This document shows, piece after piece, positions 48,656 to 57,696 of a stretch of DNA of 60,029 nucleotides. Numbering within the stretch: the first letter of the stretch is position 1; every line of letters begins with the position of its first letter. Source of the stretch: a virus; UHGV virus genome UHGV-0110462; one strand, 5' to 3'. A model generated the notes under the pieces. That model saw only the letters and a program-made list of their open reading frames with translations. It was not told where the DNA came from and searched no databases. Both the position numbers and the translations under genes were made by a program.

Positions 48656-48969
48656 TATTCTTCACCACCATTCATTCTTTTTTCCAGTGCATCAATTCTG
48701 TGATGTGCACTCTTTACACCGTCTTCCAGTTTGATTATTCTTCCATTGTGAGAATCAAGCTTATCTTTCATATGAGAAATCTCACTTTTGATGTCCTCAC
48801 TCAAAGAAGCGATGTTATCAAGTTTCATATTGATTTTTGTGTTCTGCCTAACTCTTTCTTCGATATCTTTCGTGTCCGAACGTTTATTGTTCTTCAAACC
48901 GAAGAAAATGGAAAAAGCAACTGACACCACACTTATAATGATTGCTGTCGATATTTCAATAGTCATCAA
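48655..48969 (-). CDS. N-terminal TM + coiled-coil protein (XhlA-like holin partner, tentative)
   Basis: TM IIISVVSVAFSIFFGL, then a heptad coiled coil. Translationally coupled to the holin. Confidence 0.4.
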   Translation of the reverse strand: MMTIEISTAIIISVVSVAFSIFFGLKNNKRSDTKDIEERVRQNTKINMKLDNIASLSEDIKSEISHMKDKLDSHNGRIIKLEDGVKSAHHRIDALEKRMNGGEE

Positions 48970-49074
48970 TCATTTACCTGCCTTTTTCTTATTTCCATTA
49001 GCTGCCCACCACCAAATTAGCTAATACCCTGCGAACATATTGCCGACATCAGCAAAATGATCACGCACAATCTT

Positions 49075-49413
49075 CTATAAAAAATGAACATACGGAAGCA
49101 CGTCATTAAATATCGAACTTGAAACATAAGCATTTTCATAAGAACGACTGATTGAATTTTCACTATGGCTTGTCTCTCCCTCAGCTCCCTCTTTTGCTTT
49201 TAGGTCAACCACAGCCATAGCGATTGTATTCAAATGCTTTTCCATGTCAGATTCTATCTTCGCATCCGTAAAAGACGGAGGATAGTTTCTGCACTGCTTA
49301 AATTTCTCAGTTACGAATCCGATTAACAGTTTTGATGGTTTTTCATCGGCAAGCTCTGGAATATCAGACAAGTATTCTACTGATTTCTCATAGATTCTGT
49401 CTTCAATTGCCAT
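49075..49413 (-). CDS. head-tail connector / head completion protein (tentative)
   Basis: Position downstream of the capsid gene. Confidence 0.4.
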   Translation of the reverse strand: MAIEDRIYEKSVEYLSDIPELADEKPSKLLIGFVTEKFKQCRNYPPSFTDAKIESDMEKHLNTIAMAVVDLKAKEGAEGETSHSENSISRSYENAYVSSSIFNDVLPYVHFL

Positions 49414-49429
49414 AGCTGCACCTCACAAT

Positions 49430-49681
49430 CTACAGATTGAACTTTGTAATAAAGTATTCTTTCAAATCTTGCCCAGTCATATCGTCAACATTTAATACTT
49501 CATGTTCTCTTGCCAATTCTTTCAAATCAGCAGTGCTCATTCTGTTGATGTCTGTTTTCTTATACTTAAACTCTACCGGTATTTGCATTTTCTCAGAATA
49601 CCGCCCCGGAGTTCCTTCCGGGACTTCTTCTCCTGCTTTGTACCACTTGCCGTTCATTTTGATAATGTTCTTCGCAAGCAT
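49430..49681 (-). CDS. hypothetical head-module protein
   Basis: ORF downstream of the capsid gene. Confidence 0.35.
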   Translation of the reverse strand: MLAKNIIKMNGKWYKAGEEVPEGTPGRYSEKMQIPVEFKYKKTDINRMSTADLKELAREHEVLNVDDMTGQDLKEYFITKFNL

Positions 49682-49692
49682 CCGATCACCTC

Positions 49693-50781
49693 TTACGCTA
49701 CTTTCATAACAACAACGCTGTTCATTCCCTCAAATGATGGAAGACCAATCATGGATACTACGCAATGAGTATTGATTGGATGCTCTGTTGCATATGTATA
49801 GACAGAAATACCAGTTTCAACAAGTTGCAGATTTCCTCCGGCAAGGTCTCCGCTTCTCTCTTCCGGTGTTCTTCCGAATACATAGTCTCCAAGATATACT
49901 CCTGCTGACTGACAAGAGATAATGTTTGTTGGGATGAAATACTGTGTTGTTCCAGATTCATCAACATACATCTTGTCATATACCTCGATTTCAATTCCGT
50001 ACTCTCTCAGATAAGAAAGAACATCTGCCTGTCTTACTCTGATACCGCCGTTGTAAGCAGTAATTCCAAGTACCTGCTTCTTTGTGTCTTCTGCTTTCAG
50101 AATCATCTCAAATGTCTCTGTATTCATAGAGAATCTTGTCAGAGAATATCCTGTCTTCTTTGCGAAATCACGTCTTGTGTCGATCAAGTCTTGAAGTGGT
50201 GTTGCTGTTGCCGGAACATTCCACTTATCAGATGTACCTTGAATTTCAACGAAGTGATCTGCCTTGTGCTTTGCTCCATTGTCTGTTGTGTAATCAATTG
50301 TGTATGTCTTGTCTTTGATTTTAACAGTAACTTTCGGAACACCGTCTGACGGAGCAAGTAGCTGCCAAATCTGTCTCTCAGGAACTACCATCGCTCCTTG
50401 AATCAGATTCATAGGTTTCTTGCTGATCTGTCTGAGTACTTGATTTGCAAGATTTGAGTTTTCAGCAGACTGATAGTTCGCATACTGCTGCTCCTCTTTT
50501 TCTGTTACCATGTAGGACTCTCTGTAGAACGGCATTTCGTTCTGGATATCCTGGAATCCACCAACATCTCTTAATTCTGCCTGTGCATCAAAGTTGGATG
50601 CTTTCAGAGAGATTGGCTGAGAATTTTCACCAAGGATATATCTCATTTCCAGTGAATCCTGTTTTGTTGTTCCAAATTTCTGTCTTCCAAGATACGGTGG
50701 AAGCGCAAGAGACGCTTTGTAGTTATCCCACATAACTCCAAGACTTCTCGCTGTAAATGCTTGACTTAATGGTAATGCCAT
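49693..50781 (-). CDS. major capsid protein (lambda gpE-like family)
   Basis: 362 aa. Follows the decoration-like and scaffold-like genes, giving a lambda-like B-scaffold-D-E order. Confidence 0.75.
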   Translation of the reverse strand: MALPLSQAFTARSLGVMWDNYKASLALPPYLGRQKFGTTKQDSLEMRYILGENSQPISLKASNFDAQAELRDVGGFQDIQNEMPFYRESYMVTEKEEQQYANYQSAENSNLANQVLRQISKKPMNLIQGAMVVPERQIWQLLAPSDGVPKVTVKIKDKTYTIDYTTDNGAKHKADHFVEIQGTSDKWNVPATATPLQDLIDTRRDFAKKTGYSLTRFSMNTETFEMILKAEDTKKQVLGITAYNGGIRVRQADVLSYLREYGIEIEVYDKMYVDESGTTQYFIPTNIISCQSAGVYLGDYVFGRTPEERSGDLAGGNLQLVETGISVYTYATEHPINTHCVVSMIGLPSFEGMNSVVVMKVA

Positions 50782-50800
50782 GTCTGTTATTCCTCCTTAA

Positions 50801-51145
50801 TTAGCCTTCTGCAATCTTTGGTGCTCCGTAAAAAGTAACTCTCGGAGTTGCTTTTCTTGCTGCATCTGCAATTGAAAGACCTGTTACTTTTTCCCAATCA
50901 ATCGTTCCCTGATATACATATGTTCCCGGTGCATCTCCCTGTGTAACATCAACGTCCTCAAGAAGATATCCAAGGCATTCAGCATCATTGGACGGATACG
51001 GTGTTCCAGCTTTTACAATTTTCATTCCGTTGTTATCTGCCGCAGATACCATCGACTGCTGTACTACACAAGCAGCTCCCTCATACGGGAAGAACTTCAG
51101 AATTCCTTTACCTTGTGTAAAATCTCTTACAATTGGTTTACCCAT
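50801..51145 (-). CDS. head decoration protein (lambda gpD-like, tentative)
   Basis: 114 aa, immediately upstream of the capsid gene. Confidence 0.5.
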   Translation of the reverse strand: MGKPIVRDFTQGKGILKFFPYEGAACVVQQSMVSAADNNGMKIVKAGTPYPSNDAECLGYLLEDVDVTQGDAPGTYVYQGTIDWEKVTGLSIADAARKATPRVTFYGAPKIAEG

Positions 51146-51159
51146 TGCTTAATTCCTCC

Positions 51160-51750
51160 TTATTTCAAAACGTAGTAGTCTTTTACAGACTGCTCACTCT
51201 GTTTGTTGCCGAAAACAATAGATTCTGCATTTTTCACATCTTCCGGCTTATCATCTTGTTTTCCACCGCCCGGATTTCCACCGCCCGGATTAATTGAACC
51301 GTTAGCGATTTCCTGTTCTTTCGCCTGCGCGGCGGCTGTTTCTTTATCGGCGATAATCTGTGACATGGAATCAATGGCTGTCTTTGCAAGATCGTAATTG
51401 TCTTGAAAACCAGCAAGAACATTCTCTGCCTGTTCACCCGTCAGTCCTTTTTCAGCAGCATAAGCACGAATATCTTTCTTGATATTCTCTTTCTGCAATG
51501 CATCAATCTGTTTTCTCAGCTTCTCAATCTCGTCATCGTTCTGTGGTGCCTGATTTTGGTTCGGCTGTGGATTTGGAGCTGGTGCCGGTGTAGGCTGTGG
51601 CTGTGGTTCCGGCTTTGGTGCTGGATTTGGGTTCGGTGCCGGAGCTGGTCTGTTATTATGAAACTGATTCAAATAATTAGTGACCTGTGCATCTGTCGGA
51701 TCTTCAATTCCTAACGCAACCAAATTTTGTTTTGCTTCTTCTCTTGTCAT
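51160..51750 (-). CDS. scaffolding protein
   Basis: Pro-rich linker PAPAPNPNPAPKPEPQPQP, then helical region EIEKLRKQIDALQKENIKK. Lies between portal and capsid genes. Confidence 0.5.
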   Translation of the reverse strand: MTREEAKQNLVALGIEDPTDAQVTNYLNQFHNNRPAPAPNPNPAPKPEPQPQPTPAPAPNPQPNQNQAPQNDDEIEKLRKQIDALQKENIKKDIRAYAAEKGLTGEQAENVLAGFQDNYDLAKTAIDSMSQIIADKETAAAQAKEQEIANGSINPGGGNPGGGKQDDKPEDVKNAESIVFGNKQSEQSVKDYYVLK

Positions 51751-51886
51751 AGTTATTACCTCCGTGATCTACATTTGATTTCGCTGTTCTATCAGCATGG
51801 ATTTTTTCTTTTTCCATTTGACGCATGGATGCAAATTTATATAGAAAAAGCCAACCACTGATTTCTCAATGACTGGCTCGTTTCTA

Positions 51887-52129
51887 CTATCCTAATTTCT
51901 GCCAACTCTTTGTCTCAGAGTTGAATTTGTATAATTCCGATGTGTCTAACATCAAACAGGAACTTCCTGCATCTACATAAGTCGGGAGCTTATCAACATC
52001 TTTTGACTGAGCTTCATAGCTTCTAACATTTCCCGATGCTTCGGTACAAACAATGCTCCCCATATCCGGCACATCTGTTCCCGGAGGATACGTCTGTCCG
52101 TCTTGTTTTACTGTGTAATCATATGTCAT
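51887..52129 (-). CDS. hypothetical protein
   Basis: ORF coupled to the portal stop. Confidence 0.35.
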   Translation of the reverse strand: MTYDYTVKQDGQTYPPGTDVPDMGSIVCTEASGNVRSYEAQSKDVDKLPTYVDAGSSCLMLDTSELYKFNSETKSWQKLG

Positions 52130-53607
52130 TCTTCTACCTCCGGCGTTTTGTTGCCATTTGAATTCTGATTGTTCCCCGGTTCTTGATTCTGATTAGCATT
52201 ATCATCAATTTGATTTTGCTTATTTTCATCATCAGATGTCTTGTAAAGTACATCCAAATAAGGCTTGGACAGAATGTAAGCTTTTTCACTATCCGGGAAT
52301 AATGTGCTAAGCTCATATGCAAGTTTCGGATGAGTGCCGTCTTTCAACAGGTAGTCCAGAAACTGTGCCTTTACTAGCATATTATCCATAGGGCTGTGAT
52401 TAATAATCACTTCAAACTGGCTCGTATCAATAGGACATTCATTTTTTCCTTTTCTTACACGAATAATATTCAAGATAACTTCATTCAGTCTTTGTTCTGA
52501 CTCTTGAATAATCGGGTCTTTCAGTTTTCCTCTCGTCTTAGCCATATCCCATCCGTTACGGAGTTGTACCGCCCCTTGAGTGTCACCTCCTGTGTTTCCC
52601 TCAAGTTTAGGAATGGCAAGAATCTGTAAGATATTATCCAGCAAGTCTTGTTTTGCAACCTGTGACTGAGTTTGATTTAGCTCCTGTGTCATAATATCAA
52701 CATCAGCCTTATTGTCAGTACCATTGTTTGATTTGACAACAAGAGCGCCCTCCATTTTCATCTGTTGGAATGTCTCATGGTCAACTGTACAGTTTACAAA
52801 TTTTACCCAAGCACTAACAAACTGTTCAATGCTGTCCATTCTGTTTGACTGCATATTGTTAATTGCATCAAACATGGATGCTACAAGCTCAATATCAGAA
52901 ATTCTTTCAAAATTATTTGGGTATTCAACAATAGGGATTCCACCAAACGCATGTACACCCCATTGTTCAACTTTCCCGTCTTTGATAATGCATTGGTGCG
53001 TTTTCGTGTGGCATGACTTATACCATTCACCATTCAAGTCCTTGAATTCCTGAACAGAAACAAGCGGTTCTTCCGTAATAGATGAATAAATGATATAGGT
53101 ATTCATCGGAGTTGGAACTGTAATTCTGAACGGCATTTTTTCTCCAGGTTTTTCAAACTGAGCAGCTAAAAAAGCTGTTCCAGTTGCCGACTGCCACTCA
53201 CCAGCTCTGATATTTCTAGCATGTTTATGAGCGCGTCTCAAATAATTATTGAACACGTCAACATATTCGCTGATATTTTCCTTTACAATGCTCACGCACT
53301 GCAACGGTTCTCCATAGGACTGGCCAACTTTGAACTGAACTGCTTCATAAGCGTGATTTTCTACTACTTTGTTTACCACATCATCTCTTATCGTCTTTGT
53401 ACGATACAGAATCGGTTGATCTCCTTTGTAGTAGTCCCACAAGTATTTAGTAACTTGTTTGTTAAAGTAAAAGATTCCAAGTGTTTCCCCTACAACTTCC
53501 AAAATATTGCTTTGATCAACCTCTTCGACATTCGCATATGCAATTTTTCTTCCGTATTTGCCTTTTACAAGGTCTTGTAGAGTATTCTTGTTCATTGACT
53601 TCTTCAC
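52126..53607 (-). CDS. portal protein
   Basis: 493 aa, directly downstream of the terminase region. Acidic Q/N-rich C-terminus. Confidence 0.75.
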   Translation of the reverse strand: MKKSMNKNTLQDLVKGKYGRKIAYANVEEVDQSNILEVVGETLGIFYFNKQVTKYLWDYYKGDQPILYRTKTIRDDVVNKVVENHAYEAVQFKVGQSYGEPLQCVSIVKENISEYVDVFNNYLRRAHKHARNIRAGEWQSATGTAFLAAQFEKPGEKMPFRITVPTPMNTYIIYSSITEEPLVSVQEFKDLNGEWYKSCHTKTHQCIIKDGKVEQWGVHAFGGIPIVEYPNNFERISDIELVASMFDAINNMQSNRMDSIEQFVSAWVKFVNCTVDHETFQQMKMEGALVVKSNNGTDNKADVDIMTQELNQTQSQVAKQDLLDNILQILAIPKLEGNTGGDTQGAVQLRNGWDMAKTRGKLKDPIIQESEQRLNEVILNIIRVRKGKNECPIDTSQFEVIINHSPMDNMLVKAQFLDYLLKDGTHPKLAYELSTLFPDSEKAYILSKPYLDVLYKTSDDENKQNQIDDNANQNQEPGNNQNSNGNKTPEVEE

Positions 53608-53608
53608 C

Positions 53609-53842
53609 TTAAATCAAAAAAGTCATTCCGCTACTGCAATTTCTAATTGGCAGCGACTTCCTGACTGTTTCTCCCGTTGCTACTTTGAAAATAATCTTTT
53701 TGTTACACTTCTTGCATCGACATACTTTGTCGATTTTTCCTTTTCCGTCATAAGTGCCAACTTTCCTGTTGCACTTCGGACAATAGATTGTTTGTTCTTT
53801 TACCATGTTTTTCACCAATAAAAAATGCACCTGGTTCGTCAT
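53609..53842 (-). CDS. zinc-ribbon small protein
   Basis: CPKCN...CRCKKCN. Confidence 0.4.
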   Translation of the reverse strand: MTNQVHFLLVKNMVKEQTIYCPKCNRKVGTYDGKGKIDKVCRCKKCNKKIIFKVATGETVRKSLPIRNCSSGMTFLI

Positions 53843-53981
53843 TCCAAGTGCATCTTTGAAAAAGGATTATGAGAATTATTATGTATCCTCAAGTTGTATT
53901 TCTTCGATTATTATTATATCACGTCAAGTATTTGGAAAAATAGTGAAAAGATGTGAAATTATATGAAATTATGTGAAGTGA

Positions 53982-54404
53982 TTACAGATAATAAGAGCCG
54001 AAAAGCTTCTCAAACTCTTGTAATGCTCTACCGTGAATTGACATGGCATTTCTGAAAGTGCATCCCATTTCCACACTAATAACATTCCAATCTTTGCATA
54101 ATACATATCTGTTGTATAAGATTCTGTACTGATTTGCATTTGGAATCATTTCAATCTGTTGAGCAATTTCTTTCTTTTTTTGCAGTGACCGTTCAACAGA
54201 ATCCGCAAGCTCTACTTCTGCATCCGCAATTTTAGAAACAAGACTTCCCATTTTGTCAGGTTCTCCGCTGCTCTGAACATTAACCTCTTTTGGAGACACA
54301 GAAATAGAACAAGCCATATCTCTCAACTGATTAATTTCTTCCATTTTGTTCTTGATTCTGAAATTTAACTTTGAAATCTGTCCTAAATATGTTTTTGTAT
54401 CCAT
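53982..54404 (-). CDS. hypothetical protein, possible sigma-70 region-4/ArpU-like regulator or small terminase
   Basis: C-terminus RILYNRYVLCKDWNVISVEMGCTFRNAMSIHGRALQEF is HTH-like. Lies downstream of terL, so it is not in a classical terS position. Confidence 0.35.
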   Translation of the reverse strand: MDTKTYLGQISKLNFRIKNKMEEINQLRDMACSISVSPKEVNVQSSGEPDKMGSLVSKIADAEVELADSVERSLQKKKEIAQQIEMIPNANQYRILYNRYVLCKDWNVISVEMGCTFRNAMSIHGRALQEFEKLFGSYYL

Positions 54405-56149
54405 TATCTATAACCTCCTCTAAACGGATTGTGTACCGCTTCGACTCTTGGTGGTTCCCATGTTCCTTCAATGAAATATGCAAGCGACGCAAGGCAATCA
54501 GGAGCGTCTTCATGCTTATTTTTACCCTTAATGGTAAAAGAGTACAGATTCCTCATAAAGTTCCTATATTCTTGATTTCTGAACCCAGTATCGCGAAAAT
54601 AAAATTCACGTATAGAACCGGCTTTGTCCCAAATTCTCTGACTTTTTCTCATTGATGTAGGTGCATACTGAGAAACAAGAGTTACCTTATGTCCTTTTTC
54701 TCTCAGTATTTCGTCCACTTCATCTTTGTAGCCCTCTCCACCTTGGTTTGATTCAAAATACACACTTCCTATGTTGTGATCAATAATCATATTCACAACT
54801 TTTGGCTTTGTGATTTTCTTTTCTGAATTATCAAAAATGACATCATCAATGTATATGGACCCATCTTCGTACATGTAAGCCACAGCAAATGCCAAGTAGT
54901 CTTCACCTCCGAGAGCCACATCACATGCAGCGCAAATTCTATATGGTTCTTGAGCTGGGAGCACTCCATTGTAGAATCTCATGTGTTCTTGATTAAATAC
55001 AGCTCCGTCTCTTTCAATAGGTTCCTGCTGGCACTGTGCATACCATCCGGCCATATCATCGTTTTCTTCAAATTTTGCACGTTTGATCCTATAGAATTTT
55101 GTTGAAAATCCAACTCCATAGTCATAATCAAAGTTACTTTCATCTGTAACTGGATCAAGTGCTGGAATCTTCAAAATATCATACCTGATATCTTTTGCCT
55201 CTGGATTGTTCTCTAAGAAATCCAATCTGTCCATGTAGATATCTTTCAGACTCCAAATTGTACCGTTGTAGATTATTTTGCATTTCTCTTTCTTACGGGT
55301 CATTACGTTGTTGTCAAAGATAGTCTGCTTTCTTTTGAGAACATCTGGGTTTAAAACATCCTGAATACCCTCGATAATGTCATCAACAATTAGCCATCCA
55401 TACGCATCGTATTCGCCGTTAAGTCCGGATGTAAGTCCTTTTCCTGAAAGAGATTTATATTTTTTCTTTCTTCCTAAATCAACCTTATTGTTTTTCAAGT
55501 CAGTATCTTTGATAATTCCTTTTGGGAACACCTCTTTAAAACAATAAGTCGGGTCGGTCCATATTTCCATAACTCCATCAAGGAACGCACTTCCAAGTCC
55601 CTCTTTGTATGTTACGTACAAATTGCTCGCTTCCATATCTCTAGCGCATTTCCATGAAGTCGCAAGCGTAAGTTCTTGGCTTTTACCAACACGAGCAGGC
55701 ATATGAACAAACAGTTCATCTAATAAATCGTCTTCAAGCGTCTGAATCTTGTCAGTTACCAATTTCAGTGTTTTTCTTCTAGGCTCGTAGAATCTGTCTC
55801 TTCGTTTTCTGTTTTTTTCCACATACAGCATATAGCTGTCAAGAATTTCCGGTGCTTCTATTTTCAAAATCTTATAATACTGATTAATCAAGTCAAACTC
55901 TGTCTTATTCTGCTGAGCATAATCTTCAAGCCACGCAAAATCCCCACCGTTTGTCTGTTTTTTTATGATTTGATTAACAATCTGCTTTGCTCTATCAGAA
56001 ACTTGCAATCCGTACTTTATGTCTTTCTCTTGCTCAAATGCAGTCTGAACCGCAAGGATGTACGCATCAAGCACCTGTTCATCAATCCCCTTACGCTCTA
56101 TGTAGTTTTCATACCCTTTTACGGTTTTAATCAAATAATCGCTCGCCAT
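54404..56149 (-). CDS. terL: terminase large subunit
   Basis: ATPase motifs VHMPARVGKS and WLIVDDIIEG. Nuclease-domain motif KNKHEDAPDCLASLAYFI. Confidence 0.85.
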   Translation of the reverse strand: MASDYLIKTVKGYENYIERKGIDEQVLDAYILAVQTAFEQEKDIKYGLQVSDRAKQIVNQIIKKQTNGGDFAWLEDYAQQNKTEFDLINQYYKILKIEAPEILDSYMLYVEKNRKRRDRFYEPRRKTLKLVTDKIQTLEDDLLDELFVHMPARVGKSQELTLATSWKCARDMEASNLYVTYKEGLGSAFLDGVMEIWTDPTYCFKEVFPKGIIKDTDLKNNKVDLGRKKKYKSLSGKGLTSGLNGEYDAYGWLIVDDIIEGIQDVLNPDVLKRKQTIFDNNVMTRKKEKCKIIYNGTIWSLKDIYMDRLDFLENNPEAKDIRYDILKIPALDPVTDESNFDYDYGVGFSTKFYRIKRAKFEENDDMAGWYAQCQQEPIERDGAVFNQEHMRFYNGVLPAQEPYRICAACDVALGGEDYLAFAVAYMYEDGSIYIDDVIFDNSEKKITKPKVVNMIIDHNIGSVYFESNQGGEGYKDEVDEILREKGHKVTLVSQYAPTSMRKSQRIWDKAGSIREFYFRDTGFRNQEYRNFMRNLYSFTIKGKNKHEDAPDCLASLAYFIEGTWEPPRVEAVHNPFRGGYR

Positions 56150-56345
56150 AACGCAAAAAAGTGCCCCCTAACTCTTAAAATAAAAAAGTTAAGGAGCGCT
56201 CCCCTGTTCCCTGTCCGCATCCGGGCATGAGCTTCTGTATTTACTTTAATTTTCTCCAATTTGCAATTCATCAACCGGGTCTTTTCCGATCAAACTGTAA
56301 ATTCCACAAACCGCACTACCACAATATGCAGTAAATTCTATTTTG

Positions 56346-56576
56346 TCATCTACAATGCTTTTTCCCTTTATCATCAAGACACCATCCCCCACCATACCAT
56401 ATTCCCTCGTATTTAAGCTCACCTGAAACGCTTTGTCCGGTCTTTTTTATATAACAGATGTTCATTTCATCACCTTTTCTTTGTGACTTGTAATCTTCGC
56501 CCCGTCTTTTGTCGGTCGGATTGTCACTGTATAACCGGAATTCGCCACCAAACTGGCAATATCTTCCATTTTGCAA
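56346..56576 (-). CDS. hypothetical small protein
   Basis: ORF only. Confidence 0.3.
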   Translation of the reverse strand: MQNGRYCQFGGEFRLYSDNPTDKRRGEDYKSQRKGDEMNICYIKKTGQSVSGELKYEGIWYGGGWCLDDKGKKHCR

Positions 56577-56629
56577 GTAATCACGCGTTTTACTTCATTT
56601 TTTCTCATTTCATCGTTCATTTTAATCAC

Positions 56630-56872
56630 CTAAAACAGACAAATATGCTTAAATCCATGCTCAATGTCGTTTTCTTCAAAGAATCTATTTGCATCCTGTC
56701 TGTCATTGACCTTTTCAAGACATTTCTTCGCTTTTTCAATGCGATCTAAAAGAATTTTTGCTTCTTCTTCAACTTCTCTCAATGATCCTGCTGATTTTTC
56801 TTTCCACTTTTCAATATTCATAACTATTTCTTCCTTTCGAACAGTTCTTCCGGCAGTGGTTCTCCCATCCAA
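56630..56872 (-). CDS. hypothetical small coiled-coil protein
   Basis: ORF only. Confidence 0.3.
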   Translation of the reverse strand: MDGRTTAGRTVRKEEIVMNIEKWKEKSAGSLREVEEEAKILLDRIEKAKKCLEKVNDRQDANRFFEENDIEHGFKHICLF

Positions 56873-57015
56873 ACCATTCTTAGATATTTGCGGAATGTCG
56901 GAGTACAGACACCCATTTTCTTTGCCGCTTCATCCATTGTAATTTTATGGCTGCAATAATCATTAATTGCTTCAACAAACTTTTCTCTGTCAAGCACCTT
57001 AATTTTTCTCCCCAT
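56824..57015 (-). CDS. small HTH protein (possible terminase small subunit N-terminal-like)
   Basis: MDEAAKKMGVCTPTFRKYL is HTH-like. Confidence 0.35.
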   Translation of the reverse strand: MGRKIKVLDREKFVEAINDYCSHKITMDEAAKKMGVCTPTFRKYLRMVWMGEPLPEELFERKK

Positions 57016-57057
57016 CGGAACCCTCCTTTCTTCTTTTCACATTTTCAATTATTTCAA

Positions 57058-57129
57058 ACAAGCGTAACTGGAATCGAACCAGTACATCAGAAGTCAAAGT
57101 CCTGTGCTCTACCTTTAAGCTATACGCCC
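57058..57129 (-). tRNA. tRNA-Gln(UUG)-like
   Basis: Hand-folded. D-arm GCTT/GAGC. Anticodon arm CAGGA-CTTTGAC-TTCTG, anticodon UUG. T-arm ACTGG-TTCGATT-CCAGT. Acceptor needs two G-U pairs at positions 1-2. Confidence 0.55.
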
Positions 57130-57288
57130 TTAGCTGCAAGAAATTTACCTCGAAAGCCGTAAGGAATCCTTGCACTGCTACGGTTCTTTATAATATTGGA
57201 GTTTATTATATGATCGATAAACCACGTCTTTTATTAACAAAACGTTAGTTTCCGAGCTTCAGCGAACTCCGCAGCTAAAACACTGAAT

Positions 57289-57348
57289 TGCCGTGGTCGG
57301 ATTCGAACCGACACATTTCACACGTTCTACCAATTGAACTACACGGCA
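57289..57348 (-). tRNA. truncated tRNA-like element (acceptor, D-arm and T-arm present; anticodon arm missing)
   Basis: GCCGTGT-A-GTTCAATTGGTAGAAC-GTGTGAAATGT-GTCGGTTCGAATCCGAC-CACGGCA. Only 11 nt lie between the D- and T-arms. Confidence 0.45.
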
Positions 57349-57406
57349 AACCGAAAGGAAAAAATCTTATGAAAGGATGACTCTCCAAGTTCACCACGCT
57401 TGGAGA

Positions 57407-57480
57407 AGCTACCGCCCGGATTCGAACCGGGACCCTGCTGATTCGTAATCAACTGCTCTATCCATTTGAGCTATGATAGC
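57407..57480 (-). tRNA. tRNA-Arg(ACG)
   Basis: Hand-folded. D-arm GCTC-AAATGGATA-GAGC. Anticodon loop TTACGAA. T-arm CCCGG-TTCGAAT-CCGGG. No encoded CCA. Confidence 0.6.
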
Positions 57481-57613
57481 ATTTCACGGTTTTTGAAATC
57501 TTTTAATCACTTTAAACTTATGGGAATCAAAACTAATCTAAAGGAAAATGGCATATTTACTGCACATAGGGCGCGTACATGATGGGTGTTTCTGAGAACC
57601 GTGAAACTCAGAA

Positions 57614-57696
57614 CGCCGCATGGAGGATTCGAACCTCCAAGTCGTTTCCGACCGAATGCCTAGCAAGCATCTCCAATGCCTTTATGGGAATGCGGC
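57614..57696 (-). tRNA. tRNA-Ser(GCU), type II with long variable arm
   Basis: Acceptor GCCGCAT/ATGCGGC. Anticodon arm GATGC-TTGCTAG-GCATT. Variable hairpin GTCGGAAACGAC. T-arm GGAGG-TTCGAAT-CCTCC. Confidence 0.6.

Noticed and set aside
53982-57015. Assigning a terminase small subunit
   Set aside because: The 140-aa ORF lies downstream of terL, not upstream. The upstream ORFs are 63-80 aa with only an HTH hint. I could not support a terS call from sequence alone, so it is left open.
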